A stretch of 64,000 nt of DNA. It comes from Callorhinchus milii (lineage: Eukaryota). Position 1 is the first letter of the stretch, and each line of letters starts with the position of its first letter. The stretch is taken from contig NW_024704742.1 of assembly GCF_018977255.1 (NCBI RefSeq), positions 75,890,001 to 75,954,000 of the forward strand. Reading direction: 5' to 3'. A model generated the notes under the pieces. It was given only the letters and a program-made list of their open reading frames with translations. It was not told the origin of the DNA and did no database searches. Of this stretch, positions 14,075 through 27,380 are shown piece after piece. The translations under genes and the position numbers were made by a program.

Positions 14075-14560
14075 CTTCCCTCGCCCTTGCTCGCCTCCAC
14101 TGGCTCCCCATCCCCCAGAGGATCGAATTCAAGATCCTCATCCTCACCTACAAGGCCATTCATGGCCTTGCTCCCTCCTACCTCTCCGGCCTACTATCTC
14201 CCTACCTACCTGCCCGTACCCTCCGTTCCTCTGGCTCCGGTCTGCTCCACATCCCCCGCCCCAACAGCCCTACTATCGGTGGCCGGGCCTTCAGCCTCTC
14301 AGCCCCTAGGCTCTGGAACTCTATCCCCCAGTGCCTTCGCCTCCTCCCTTTCCTCCTTCAAGGCCGGTCTCAAGACCTTTCTCTTTGACCGTGCCTTCAG
14401 CTCCCCTCTCGACTCTCTACCCCCTCCTCGCTCCCTCCCTTCCCTTCCCGCATCCTGACCATTTCCCCCTTGCTCGGGTCCTGATCCAACTGTACAGCGC
14501 CTTGGGACGTCCTCCCGACGTGAAAGGCGCTCTATAAATGGAATCTTGTTGTTGTTGTTC
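14075..14560 (+). mobile_element. L2 3' fragment
   Basis: LARLHWLPIPQRIEFKILILTYKA...APRLWNSIP; tail gggacgtcctcccgacgtgaaaggcgctctataaatg...(ttg)n. Confidence 0.92.
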
Positions 14561-15173
14561 CCATCTGCAGAGGATTGGTAAATAGCAGGTGTTCTTAAGT
14601 CACACAGAAGGACATGACCCCTTTCCCAAGATAAAGAGCAGCTCTGTTTGAATGGATCTCATGTCAGCCTTGTTTCCTTTTCTGTTCAGTTTGCAGCTTC
14701 AGGTGTCAGCTTGGCTCATTCGGAGGCACTCTTGCTTCTAAATTTGAAGACATGGTTTCAAGCCCCACATCAGGACTTTGAACACATAATATAAACTGAC
14801 ACTCTAATACAATGCTTGGGAAGTGGTGCAATGTTGGAGGTGCTGCCCTTCAGATGAGAAATTAAATCAAGGTCCTGTCTGCCTGTTCAGGTAGATGTTA
14901 AAGATCCCATGGTGCAAATCAAAAAGAGAAGAGAGTTCCTCTCATTGTCCTGGCCATCCGTGAAAAAATAGTGATCCACTTCATGCCTGTTTGTGGGACA
15001 CTGCTGCGTGAAAATTGGCTACCAAGTTCGTCTACACAGCCATTACACTTTGAGACATCCTCCTGACATGAAAGATGCCAAATGCAAGGATTATTATTTA
15101 TTTATGATTTATGATTGGAGCTCAAATGATGTAGGTGATGTATCTGAAGATCCGAATCAAGCCAACCCTCTGC

Positions 15174-15310
15174 AGTTCTGATGAAGGGTTGTGGACCTGA
15201 AACATTGACTCACTTTCCTTTCTCCATAGATCCTGCCTGACCTGCTGAGTTTTCCCAGCTCTCTCTGTTTTTGTTTCAGATTTCCAGCATCTGCAGTATT
15301 TTGTGTTTTA
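15174..15310 (+). mobile_element. Penelope-like element terminal fragment carrying a minimal hammerhead ribozyme motif
   Basis: agtt CTGATGA a gggtt gtg gacct GAAA cattgact, followed by gatcctgcctgacctgctgag..tttccagcatctgcag. Confidence 0.65.
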
Positions 15311-15461
15311 TCCTCTGTAGTGATCTTGGTATTCCGGATCCTGAGCCAAGGAGGTCTGCAGTACTCCAAAGCACTGTTGATGATAGAGGAACAGACCAAT
15401 CTCTAGTAGCTGGGATTCTTCCTACACAGCTCCTGTTAACCCTGCTGACCAACACCCTAAA

Positions 15462-15685
15462 GCAGTGGTGGCAACCTATTGCTTGCGTCCCAAAAGTGGC
15501 TTCTAGAGGCATCAAGCTGTAGAACCACGGAACATTCGCACTAGTTTAGGGAAGCCTGTTTTAAATCAATATTTTGTTTCAGGAAGATACTGAGTAGCGC
15601 TATTTATAGTGTGGCCATGAATCGAGAAGTATTCAATCAAGAAAAATTTATTGGGTTGGCCGACCAGAAAGGTTGGTTATCACTC
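15462..15685. mobile_element. hAT/Charlie-like non-autonomous DNA transposon remnant
   Basis: Starts cagtggtggcaacc and ends ggttggttatcact. Internal aacattcgca..ag..taggg/taagcctg and ttcaatcaagaa are shared with 9780-9972. Confidence 0.5.
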
Positions 15686-16801
15686 TCCTGAAGGATAGGA
15701 TGGTCATAGCTGGGCAAGAAGCAGGAAGCTTATCAATGCTTGCAATGACAAGCTAAGCTGATTTAAACCCCGGCAGTTACCCCAATGCATACTCTGCGAT
15801 CCCCATGCCTTGGCTCTAAACTCTCTGGGATTAGAAAAGCAGGGCATGTCCCTCTGGAGAGAGCGCTCACTCCACACCAGCCAAACAGAAACTATACATG
15901 TGTGGAACTCAGAAGTCCAGTTTGGAGACTCTTAAGTATGGTGATGGGTTTTTGTGGATGTCAGATACCCAGTTGACCAAAACAAAATAATAGTGTCAGA
16001 AAAAGTCATAAATATCACAGACGAACAATCCTGTGCTTTATTCAAAATGGTTTTGTCCAAAAGTGGGTCACTGGATCCACTGAGCCAGTCAATGATGCCT
16101 TTGATTCCACCACCACATGGATCTCACTATCATAATTCAACTTCTAACATTGAGTTAAACTAGTATTTCCCGAACCAGCACTGAAATGCTGGATCTGTGT
16201 GGTGCAAGGTGATAAAACACCAGTGTGACCCACTCAATAGCTACAGTGGATGGCTTTTGGGCTAAACCATTTGAACAAAGTCTGGGGAGGGTAGATTCCC
16301 CTGGGACATCTATATCAGTGAATGCCCTCACAAGATGATAGTTATCACTGGCGAGAACAATCACGTCCATTTGTTAGTCACTCGACTCAATCCAATCCCT
16401 GTTTGTTGGCCTCCCCAACTCCTCTCTCCACAAGCTGCAGATCATCCAGAACTCTGCAGCCCGTGTCCTCTCTTCAACCATGCCTTCGGTTACCCTCCTA
16501 ACCCTACCCTCCCTGCCCTCCACCTCCACTGATCTCAAATACTAGATCGGATAGGCTCCCTGACTGTCCAGTGCCTTGACGTGAAAGGTGCTGTACAAAT
16601 GTAGTTTGTTGTTGGTATATCAAATGTAAGGATTATTATTAATACAAATTGGCAATAGATTCATTTTCAGAGATGAAATTATATGGAAAAGTAAAATCTC
16701 TAAAAGTTGAAGGTAAAGTGGTTTAGAAAAATGGATTAAATGGTTTACCACAAGGTAGCTTTCTTTTAAAAAATTATGTTGTTGCAATGTTTTTCCACCA
16801 G

Positions 16802-16874
16802 ATGGAGATCTGAGTCTTATCAAGGTTTGGCTCCAGTTTTCTTTGAAGGTGAGACACAATAAATTCAATTCAAA
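16802..16874 (+). pseudogene. GC exon 2-like remnant
   Basis: ttttccaccag| phase 1, xGDLSLIKVWLQFSLKVRHNKFNS versus recalled human GRDYEKNKVCKEFSHLGKEDFTS. Cys position is TGG; donor degraded. Confidence 0.55.
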
Positions 16875-17523
16875 GGAATTGGGGGATCAGGAGGCAGATC
16901 ACACTTTCTGAAACAAACAGCTCATATTTGGAAACTCACTAATTGGCACTTTTGACAAAAGAATTGCTAATCTGCGAATGATAATAAATCTAGAATATAA
17001 TTAATAATATATTATAATTCCAAAAGCTGTGAATCAATCTCACTATACTCCAAAAACTCTGGTCAGAAACAAAATAACTACTGACTTCTTCAGTACATTC
17101 ACTGCCCAACGTGGAACTGAGCAAACAGACCAGGAAGGGCCCAGGTTCAATTCCTGATGTGTGCTGAGGGAGCTGATCTCAGCCAGGGCAGCACTCGGGG
17201 CTACAATTAGCCTTAGTGCCTCACTCTTATGGCTCCTGTTGGAAACGTACATGCTTTCCAGCAGAGGTCACTGTCCAGGGTATTCACAAAGTCCTGTTAA
17301 CCCCGTTTTTTTCATACACTGATTTTGTATTTTTGACTCGTGTGTAACAATGTTTGACACCAGTATCTTCCTCGTCACTCCATCCATGTACGGTTCATTA
17401 TTTGCCATGAAAATGCCAGCGCTCACCCCGATCCTTTGGATGTCTAAATACAGTTAAACACTTGTACTGAATACAATTAAGTACTTCTAAATACAATTAT
17501 CATCATTCTTTTACATGTTTCAG

Positions 17524-17645
17524 TTGTTTGTCAGTGCACTGTAGAAAAAAAGCATGGGGATAACAGGACTTTGTGAACACCTTGTAGTTCGATTGGAGCA
17601 GGAATTCTACTAACTTCAGCAGGATCGTCACTGCTGCTGTCACAG
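17524..17645 (+). pseudogene. GC exon 3-like remnant
   Basis: tgtttcag| phase 2, CLSVHCRK (CACTGTAGAAAA) versus SLVLYSRK (TACAGTAGAAAA). After a frameshift, GLCEHLVVRLEQEFY*LQQDRHCCC versus GTFEQVSQLVKEVVSLTEACC. Confidence 0.55.
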
Positions 17646-18026
17646 GTTTTCAGATGAGAATGAAGTTAGCTTCAACTGTGATCCTCCCGCAACCCTGCTC
17701 TCTCATGAGAAAAGGCCACTTGGGTGAGAACGCTTGTACTTGTGAAGTGATAGTCGAGCACCTCTTAATGTCTTCAATAGAGAAGGAGAGGGTTGGGAAA
17801 TAAAGTTGAATATTTGAGCTGGACCGAATGTTCATTTCTGGGGCCACACTGTATTGCCTCATCCTTCGGGTGAGACATTAAACTGAGGTCCAGTTTACCT
17901 GTTCAGGTGAGCGTTAAATATCCTATGGCATTATTTGAAAAGAGAAGACAGTCTTTACCGGTGTCCTGACCAACACTCCTCCAGATTAAATTGGGCATTC
18001 ACACCATGGCTGTTTGTGGGACATTG

Positions 18027-18497
18027 CTGCCCCGCACCAAACTCCGCTCCCCGATCACCCCAGTCCTTGCCAGACTGCACTGGCTGCCTGTCCCAGAGAG
18101 GATCGACTTCAAGATCCTCACCCTTGTATTCAAATCCCTCCACTCCTCTGCACCCCCCTACCTCTCTGACCTCCTCTCTCCTCAAGACAGTGCCCGTTGC
18201 CTTCGTTCCTCCGGGTCTGGCCTTCTCCTTGTCCCCCGAGTCCTCTGCTCCACCCTCAGCGGCCGTGCCTTCAGCAACTATGCCCCGAGGCTCTGGAATT
18301 CCCTTCCTCACTCCCTTCACCTCGCTCCCTCTCTTCCTATTTTCAGGTCTCTGCTGAAGACCTTCCTTTTCAACCGCGCCTTTGGTCACTTTCCTCCCCA
18401 TGCCCCTGACTCGGCCCTGGGATCTGTTACTGTGAAACGCTCTGAGACGCCGTACGGTGTGGAGGGCGCTATATAAATCCAAGTTGTTGTTGTTGTA
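18027..18497 (+). mobile_element. L2 3' fragment inserted in a Deu-type SINE
   Basis: ITPVLARLHWLPVPERIDFKIL...APRLWNSLP...LKTFLF, then (gtt)n. SINE sequence resumes on both sides. Confidence 0.92.
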
Positions 18498-19397
18498 TGC
18501 AAATTGGCAGCTGCGTTCACTTGCAAAATACACACACACGGCCACATCACTTTACACTTCAAAGCTGTGAAACGCTTTGAGATGTCTCAACCATGTGAGA
18601 TTACATGAAAGAATTATTATTATTACATGGACAACATTTGTGGGGTACTTTGACTTTATCATAAAGAAAACTTTAAGAAATATTACAAATTTACCTGTAA
18701 AGACTAAAACAGGCCATTCAGCCCAATTAGGGAAATCAATTGTATCACAGCATTTGCCTTGCAAAAGGGTCAAGTCAGATAATAACTGCAAATTGTCTCT
18801 ACTTGTGGCTTGTAATCTCAGAGACAGTCTGTATAGACAATGTAATTCCGTGTAAATTTGTGATTTTCCTTAATGCTTTTGAATCCCCCCTCAGTGGGTG
18901 AGCTTTCAGATGTTGTGCTCCATCTTTCCGGAACTGTATCCCAGAGTCCCTCTGCTTGCTCTCTCTCTCTCTTTTCCACCCGCCTTAAGACCTATCTCTT
19001 TAACTGTGCTGCTCAGTCATCTTTCCCTTTTCACCCCTCAGCTCCCCGTGACCCCCAGCTCGGCTCTCAGTCTGAATCTGTCTAAAGCACTTTGAGATGT
19101 CCTATTGATGTGAAACATGCTATATAAATATAAATTGTTGTAAACAAAATTTGCCACATTGCTTACACTTATTTAGCTACTTATTTTATAGCAGCCTCGA
19201 CAAGTTCAGCACCTAAACTGATTTAAAGCTCTGCTGTAACATAAAGTTATGAGAGAGATTTATTCAAACATTGCGTTTGTAATTTGATTGATAGTTTCAG
19301 TCATGATTTGCTAGCTCAAGCATATAATATTTAATTGGCAGTTAAAGGTTGGAAGGTAGTCCTCGAGTGTGGATTACAAAGTCGTTGCCTTTGCCAG

Positions 19398-19600
19398 GTG
19401 ACTTTTATTAGACTTTGTGTGGGTCACCAGACACTTCACCTCCCAGAATCACAATGTTCCTTACTGCAGAGGATTAATCTGATCCTGTCGACTGCACTCA
19501 ACTCAAATAAGATCGCTTGTCCTTCAATTAACATTGAGGTCAGCTATGGGCCCAAGCCCATCCTCCTCACTTGGGAACATGGGCAGCAAAGAATGCAAAA
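19398..19600 (+). pseudogene. GC exon 4-like remnant (weak), truncated by a CR1 3' end
   Basis: cctttgccag| phase 0, about 200 bp. VTFIRLC...KIAC...GPKPILLTWE..., only loosely albuminoid. Confidence 0.3.
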
Positions 19601-22600
19601 TAGAATATCATAAAACGTTACAGCACAGATACAGGCCATTCAACACCCCCAGGTCTGCCTTGGTGTTTTCTCCACATGGGCCTCCTAGTCTAATCCCACT
19701 CTCCTGCCCGCTCCCCGCACCCTTTAATGTTCCTTTTTTTGTCAAGCACCCACTGTAACTAATTCTCTTTTAAAAGATTCATGGACTCTGCTTCAACTCT
19801 GTCAAATTGTGACAGAGAATTCCACGTTCTAACTACAATAATAACAATAAGTTGCATTTATATAGAGCATTTCACATCAGGAGGACAGTCAGGGGTTTGC
19901 ACCCAAATTGGGGATTGCATTTGGGAAGGCTGGCGGCTGAGAGCCGTGCCATGGGGGTGTGAGGAAGATGACTGAATGTATGGTCAAAAATGAGGGTCTT
20001 GAGGGGGATGTTGATGGAGACGAGGCTAAGGGATGAGGTGAAGGGAATCTGGGATGGAGTTCCAGAGAGTGGAGGTTGATAGGCTGAAAGCACAACCGCT
20101 GATGATGGGGCAGGCAGGGTGGGGGACATGAAGCAGGCCAGTAACTCCCGAGCAGTGGGAGTGAGCATGTTGGTAGGGTTTAAGAAGGTCGAATAACCAT
20201 CCTCTATGAAGAGAATATCTTTCTAACATACACTTTAATTGCTTTTGTGATTATCTTGAATTTGTGGGTGCTTATTACTGACAGGCATTACTCATTACTG
20301 ACTGCAGACTATTAAAAATCTATTACTATTTACCTTATAATAACCTTCAGAATCTTGAATATCTCCACCAGGTCAACTGAACGTTAACTTTTACCCAGAA
20401 AATACAGTCACACCACTTCACAGTATATCTTGTGAAGCATTTTGAGATGTCCCAACAGTGTGATAAGGTGCTATATCAAATGTAAGGATGTTTATTATTA
20501 ATAATCTTGTTAGATCTAGTGAAAAAGGCCCTAAAAATAAATTGCATTTATAAAATCAATTGTATGATCTCTCACCCTGACAGAATAGCACAACATTGTA
20601 TGGGGTTAGTCTAGAATACTAATTGATGAATGAACATACTTTTCCCTCTCCCCTCCCTACCACTTGTGCCTACAAAATACACAGTCACTAGACTTTACTG
20701 TACATCCCGTTAAGCGCTTTGGGATGTCTCCTGAGGTGAAAGATGCTGTACCAAATGTAAGGATTAATATATTTGATCCCATGAGTCAGAACTCTGTAGT
20801 GATAGGGCTGGAGATGGACATACTTGACACTGGGGCTTTGATAATGGAGGTAGCTACAGCTATCTTTATTGATGTGTGATCTTGGACAGTGAGTTTTGTA
20901 AGGTTATTCAACAGTGAAGCGCTTTGAGACGTCTTGAAAACGTGCTAAGGCGCTATATTAAATGCAAGCATTATTATTATTATCTTCCCAGAGATTGAGT
21001 CTGTTATTATGTCCAAACACATGCACCTTCCTGGAAAGGGGGGGTGGGGAGGGAATCAGTGAACAGTGATCAGAAGCTGCAAACACATGCACACACACAC
21101 ACACAATCGCAAGGTTCAGACACCAGTCGTAATTCCTCCAGTAGCACCGTGGCTGGGATCAGGCAACTCAGCATAAACCAGGGGTCAAACAGAGGACTTG
21201 GCTATGGGCTGTGCTTACTGACTCACCAAAGAATCTTGCTGAGCCATCAGGGAGCTGAGCGCTAAGAATGACTTTTCTCAAGTGAAATCATGCTGTTGCG
21301 AAGTGTCACATTGTTCCAATTAGTTACCTTAATTGCAAGTTTCTTAGAAGTCTTCTCAATAATGTATCTGAATTATTAGCTGTATAAGGCCAAACAGAAG
21401 AAAGACTTGCTTGACATTCACCAAGTAAACTTTCTGAGAAAACAAATTACCCAACTGGTGAGATAGATTGCGTGAATGATTGCATTGGTCCTTCAGATTC
21501 ACAGTCCATGTTGATACTCCGAAGCAGAACTGGGGTGTACCATGTTGCACTGTCAGATGATACTATACTTTGGATGAAATATTAAACCGAGTTTCCGTCA
21601 GCAAGCTCAGGTGGATGTTAAAGATCCTATGGCCCTATTCAAAAAGAGAAGTAGGGTTTCTCCCAGTGTCCTGGCCAACAATTCCACAAATAACATTTGT
21701 CATTCACTTCATAGCTGTTTGTGGGACATTGGTGTGTGTAAATTGGCTGTTGTTTGCCTGCAAATGCACAGTTATTACACTTTACAATATAATCCTGTGA
21801 AGTGCTTTGAGATGTCTCGAGGACATGATAATGTGCTGTGTGTCAAAAGCAAGAATTATTATTATACTCTTCATCTCCGTTACTTCTTACCATAAGGTTA
21901 CTTTGATCCAGCATACACCCAGTTCTGAAAGCTTGAATCAATGGCAACCCAGACTGATATTGAAAATAAAATCATCTGAAAGTAGTGCATAACTTTTTCA
22001 GAGAGCCAGAAAACTGGTCACTGCTTAGCTTACTGATCTACAGCAGCCTCTTTATTCCTAATACTTGCTTACCATGCTGTACCCTGCTACCGCTCAGACA
22101 GCTTTCCATTAGATGTTACATCTTGTATAATAATAATAATAATCCTTACACTTGATATAGTGCTTCTAGACGTCTCAAAGCGCTTCAAAGTGCTTACTGT
22201 AAAGTGAATTGACTGTATATTTGTGGGTGAAATGCGGAGCCAATTGGGGACAGCAATGTCGCACAAACAATCGTGGATTGAAGTGACCAATTTATTGTTT
22301 CTTTTCTTGAGGGATTATTATCAGGCGTGTGGAGTAAGAACACTTGCCCAAGGTTTCACCCTGCCGGGAATCAAACCCACTTGCAAGGTAAGTGCTCTAA
22401 CCACTGAGCTACAGGACTCCACAAGCTGCACAATCACTTAATAAGGATTAATATCAATTCCATTGTAGAGCCATATTAGGGGTTTATCTTTGATTGTGTC
22501 CTCTCCACTTCCTCCTGCAGGATTCACCTCCCTTCTTTTAACTCAGGTTTAAACAACATGACCTCCCACACTGAGAGAAGTTATAAAACTTGTAAGACTC

Positions 22601-24838
22601 TTTCAGGCCTGAACTGATAGCACCAAACCTTAAACCTTCCTGGCAAGTAAGGCAAGTTAATAATCCTTAGACTTTGCTCCACCATCTATCTCACTGTATC
22701 TCCAAATTTATCCCGTATGGGACAATGATACTTTATACTATCTAAACAGAACAATTACCGCTACAATTTCTGTGTTTCTAAGTACCCAGCAAATTCAATA
22801 TTGTGAGACTTCTGCCCTTGCTGCTTTGGCTCTTGGGCCGAAAAACTGTAACACAGTGGGCTGTAAGAATGTGGATTGTTGTTTCTCAAATAGTTGCTGA
22901 AGTTGAGGCCATAATAACATTGTAGGCATTCTACAAATACGCAGTCACTAAACTTTACAGTAAATGCAGTGAAGCACTTTGGGACATTTTTTTGACATGT
23001 AAGGTGCTATATCAATTGCAAGAATTATTATTTAACATTTGAAATAGAATTGGATAAACACGTGGTGGAAAAATAATACTGAAGGGTAAAGGGATACATG
23101 AGGGGAATGGAATTAGAGTAGGGAGCTCAAAGGGTAGGGAAAACAGATTACACTAGCACAAGAGTGATGGTCTGAATTCCTGCCTTCTCTGCTGTAAACA
23201 TTTTATAACTCTACTGTTGTTATGGCAATGATAAAGAAGATTTTAAACATGCTGATGTTTTGCCCCATTAAAACTCATCCACTAGAGACATTAAAGTCAA
23301 TTCTGGTAATGATGTATTTCTATTGTGCCTCTTGATGTACTGTGAGTATTGTCCCAGCCCCAGCATTGACATCCATTTAGGCAGCGGGTGGATAAGCAAA
23401 TGTCTAGGTTTTGTTGCCTTTTTGGATGGTAAGAAAGGCAATAACAACAACTTACACTTACATAGTGCCCTCCACGCAGGGTAGTGTCTCAGAGCGCAAT
23501 AGCATCGTTGTTACTGTGCGTGTGGAGGAACAAAGGGCACCAGGTCTGGCCATTCAGCGGTGGCATCTGCAGTAGCGACACCTAGTTCCAGAACTAGTTC
23601 AACAACAATTCGCATTTATACAGCGCCCCTCACCCAGGGTAGCGTCTCAGAGGATTCAGCCACTTGTGCCGCAAAGCAAACCACCTCCTTTTCATTTCTG
23701 GCCAGCTGGCGGTGGCAGTGAAGTGCCATCACCAGCAGATTCGCTGTGTAAGTCCAACTGAGGATGGACAAGGAAGGAATCAAGCCCTATTTTTATAATG
23801 TAGTTCAATGTATTTGCATTTCGTATTGTATAATGCCTTTAACAATGAAAATGCTTCACAGCAACTTCAAATGAAGTTACAATGTTTGTGTCGGTGAAAA
23901 TGGCCGGCGTTTTTGTACCCCATTTCCCACAAACAGCCAGATTTCTGAGCTAGAGGTGAGAGTGATCTCAACTGAGCCAGGCTGATCTCTTCAAAGGAAC
24001 AGCATTTTTGACCGACTAAAGAAGACAGCAGAATCAGACCAGGAAAGTAGAGACATTGGATGGGCAGTAAAACAATTGAATTCCAATAACCATATACACA
24101 AGGTATATATATCAGCTCATGCATTATTATAGATTGTGACGTGTTGTGAAAGAGGAGGTTCACGATGACACAGGTGAACGAGACAGCAGGACTCCCCTCC
24201 CACAGACACAGTGATGTGATTTCCTTTGCTCTGTAGGAGGGCGTCCTAAAGCACTTCACAAGATTTACTGAAAAATGCAGTGACTGTTTTTTTATGGACA
24301 AAGGCAGCAGGCAATTTACGCATAGCAATACCCCACAAACAGCCATGAAGTGTATGACTTATTTTATTGAGGGGTTGGGGGGCTGGAATTGTTGGCCAGG
24401 ATATGGGGAGAAACTCCCTTCTCTTTTCGAACAGTGTCACCATGAGATCTTTAACATCCAGCTGAACAGGGAGACAGGACCTCAGTTTAACCTCTTACCT
24501 GAAAACACATCCAACAATGCAGCACACCCACAGCACTGCACACTGTGCCTCTTTTGCTGTAGAGTTTATTCTAAGCATATTATTCTGGTTCACATTATGC
24601 ACTGTATGATATTGAAGATTTTCTTCAAGGTGGACATTCCCAGCATTTGTACCCTTTTCTCACATCTCAAATTGTGTCTTCAAATAAAGACACAGAAAAG
24701 GTGAAACTCACATGTATTGTGTGTGTGTGAGAGAGAGAGAGCTGTAAGAGACAGACAGCTTTGAGATGAACCTGTGTATGGAATACAACTTTGCACATTT
24801 TTGGTTGCCAGGGTGTGATTTTATTGTTTCACAAATAG

Positions 24839-24943
24839 AGTTTTTTTTGGCTGACATTTCTGAATATTTAGACAGTGTAATGGAATTAAATTCAACTGTG
24901 GTCATGCTCCACTGCAGCAAACAGTATTCCTGCTTTCCCGCTA
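24839..24943 (+). pseudogene. GC exon 5-like remnant
   Basis: With two frameshifts, TVxSCSTAANSIxCF versus MVGSCCTSASPTVCF. Acceptor tttcacaaatag. Confidence 0.5.
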
Positions 24944-25017
24944 GTATAACCTTAGCTAAGAATTACACACCCCTGATGGGAACCCATTTAATTCTTGGCT
25001 TCCTTAGATCTTTGTAG

Positions 25018-25115
25018 AGATTCTATCCTCATTAACATTGACTCCAAGTACTTAATATGCTAAAAACACCAAATCCCAGTGAAGTGATGATAGCCAAGTA
25101 TTTTATTATACCATG
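25018..25115 (+). pseudogene. GC exon 6-like remnant
   Basis: tctttgtag|AGA TTC ... TAA CAT TGA versus recalled AGA CTC ... AAA CAT TTA (RLQLKHL). Phase 0, short preceding intron. Confidence 0.35.
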
Positions 25116-25299
25116 TGTGTGTATGTGTGTGTGGACTGAACATGGATGGTTTATTTGCACTAACTTGTTTCTGAAACATATTATTTGTTCTGCTTCTCAA
25201 AATCAGAACACATTTTAATGTAACAAGTACATGCAAATCCTACATGTCACAAGCCAATTTAAGGTGTCACTCCCCCACCAAAATAAATCTTTCCCGTAG

Positions 25300-25420
25300 C
25301 CTCCATTCACTGAAGTTAGGAGGAAAAAATGCAATTTGATTATTTTGAATTACATTTCTCCCAGAAACACAACAAACACAAAGCATGTGAGGTGACCATA
25401 TTGTGACCGTTTTAGTGAAC
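25300..25420 (+). pseudogene. GC exon 7-like remnant
   Basis: ctttcccgtag| phase 2, HSLKLGGK (AAGTTAGGAGGAAAA) versus NLIKLAQK (AAGTTAGCCCAAAAA). Later AAAGCATGTGAG versus KCCE AAATGCTGTGAG. Confidence 0.5.
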
Positions 25421-26039
25421 AAACCATCTGAGACTTTTGACAGTTACAAGTATTTGATCTTTACTAAAATATTTCAGTGATCCTTCCTTGAAAATCACGT
25501 CTGAACAAAAAATATAACGGATGTGCCGTCCTTTAGATGAGACATTAAACTGAGACCTTATCTGCTTATTCAGGTGAATGTTAGAGATCCCATGGCATGA
25601 TTGGAAAAGAGAATGGAGTTTCTCTCAGATCCCTGGCCAATAATCCTTCAGATAAAATTGGTCACTCACTTTATGACTTTGTAGAACATCGTGTACAAAT
25701 TGGCTGCCATGTTTGTCTGCAAAATATATAGTCACTATGCTGTACAATAAAATCCCATTAATTTTGCGACAAAAGATAAGGTACTGTATCATATGCAAGG
25801 ACTATTATTATTATTCTTAGATCAGGAAGATGGACAGTACGTGTGTGAGAGAGACAGGAGAGCGGCTCCACTAGGGGAGAAATCTAGGACTTGGGGAATA
25901 TGAGAGAGAGGGAGAGAGAGAGAGAGACTACACCAGGAGAAAGATCAAGGAGAAGAAACAACAACAAATTACATTTGTACAGTGCCTTTCACGTTGGAAG
26001 GATGTCCCAAGGTGCTGGAAAATGAGAGAGAGTGGCTTC

Positions 26040-26159
26040 TGGAGTTGGAACACAATTGCTGTGATGCAATGTCTAGTGATATATTTGCTGTTGACTGGTC
26101 ATTAGGAAATTGAGTGGTCAGGTTGGATCCATGACAAAGAAAATTGTACATGGTTTATG
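26040..26159 (+). pseudogene. GC exon 8-like remnant (5' part replaced by an L2 tail)
   Basis: HNCCDAMSSDIFA versus EDCCQEKTAMDVFV; DKENC versus NKDVC. Donor ATG|gtgaga. Confidence 0.5.
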
Positions 26160-26837
26160 GTGAGAACAGGCAGATCAAGCCAAATGGCTTTTTGCCATCT
26201 TTTCTTTTCTCTGGTTCTCCACTTCCTAAATGAGAGATCATTTAAACTAAATGCGTGCAATGAGCAAAGCCATTTAGTGCATGAAGCCTTCCCATTCCAC
26301 AGGCCATCCATTATCTGCCTTATCTTCCACTCCCATTAAAACTATAATACGTCTTGCATTTGATATAACGTTTGATGTCATGAAACATCAACAAAACATC
26401 TGAAAGTGCTCCACAGGATTTTACCATAAAGTGTAGTGACTGCGTATTTGTAGACAATCATACAATTTTCGCACATCAATGTCCCACAAACTGCCTCAAA
26501 GTGAGTGACCAATTTTATCTGGGTGATTGTTGGTCAAAACAGCGGGAGAAACTCTCTTCTTTTTTAGAATAGTCCCATGGGATCTTTAATGTCTACCTTA
26601 ACAGGCAGACATCTCTGTTTAACATGTCTTCTGAAGGACGGCATCTTTAACAATGCAGTGCTCCCCTAGTAGTACATTGGAGTGTCATCCTAGATTGTGA
26701 GTTCAAAGTACTTAGTGATCTAAGGGAAAGTTCTGCAAAATTTCTTCCCGATTCCCAAAGATAATCCAGGAAAACTGCACAACATCCATCCACACTTTCA
26801 GTTCCATTATTTAATGGTGTCTGGTTTATTTTGACAG

Positions 26838-26957
26838 ATGACGCACAAGAAGCTTCTGCAAAACAAAACATTGTCATTCTTCTTCTTTTCTAAATATCTA
26901 TAAAGCAATAAGATCGTTCACAGTGCCATCGTTTCTCTCTGACACTGATCATGACAA
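26838..26957 (+). pseudogene. GC exon 9-like remnant
   Basis: tttattttgacag| AQEASAKQNIVILLLF*I versus TFELSRRTHLPEVFLSKV. Weak match. Confidence 0.35.
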
Positions 26958-27099
26958 GTAGTGATAATTAGAGCACTACAACAACAACAACAAAATTACA
27001 TTTGTATAGCACCTTTCACGTCGGGAGGACATCCCAAGCTGCTGAAGTCAACTGAAGTCCCAAGGCAACTACTTAATTTGATCAGGTTGTCCTGGATCT

Positions 27100-27380
27100 A
27101 AAACAAAAAACAGAAGTCGCTGGGAACACTCAGCAGGTCAGGCAGCATCTATGGAGAAAGGAAAGTAAATCAACATTTTGGGTCCACGACCCTTCGTCAG
27201 AACTGGGGCATGTTGGGAGGGAGAAGCTTTTAAGGACTAAGAGCGAGGGGGGAGGCAGGGCAAGGAAGACAAAGGAGAAAATGGGGTAAAGGACAGGGCA
27301 TGATGGGCTAAAGAGGTGTTAAAGGGGGGATTGCAACAAAACAGGGGAATAGAGGTGTTAATAATGCAAAACAATGGCGG
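27100..27380 (-). mobile_element. Second Penelope-like terminal fragment (hammerhead GAAA box mutated)
   Basis: Reverse strand agtt CTGACGA a gggtc gtg gaccc AAAA tgttga..., then gatgctgcctgacctgctgag; homologous to 15174-15310. Confidence 0.65.

Noticed and set aside
1..16000. NPFFR2 exons expected by synteny beyond GC
   Set aside because: No GPCR-like coding sequence recognised; the gene is probably outside the window.
16230..16285. Possible GC exon 1 (signal peptide): ATGGCTTTTGGGCTAAAC, MAFGL versus VAFGH
   Set aside because: Only a 3-residue match, with no hydrophobic signal stretch or convincing donor.
23867..24704. Long ORFs of 159 aa (-) and 136 aa (+)
   Set aside because: They overlap a Deu-type SINE, with no recognisable protein motifs or splice structure.
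25190..25263. Alternative GC exon 6 candidate (THFNVTSTCKSYMSQ)
   Set aside because: It would leave only a 36-bp intron before the exon 7 remnant; 25018-25115 fits phase and first codon better.
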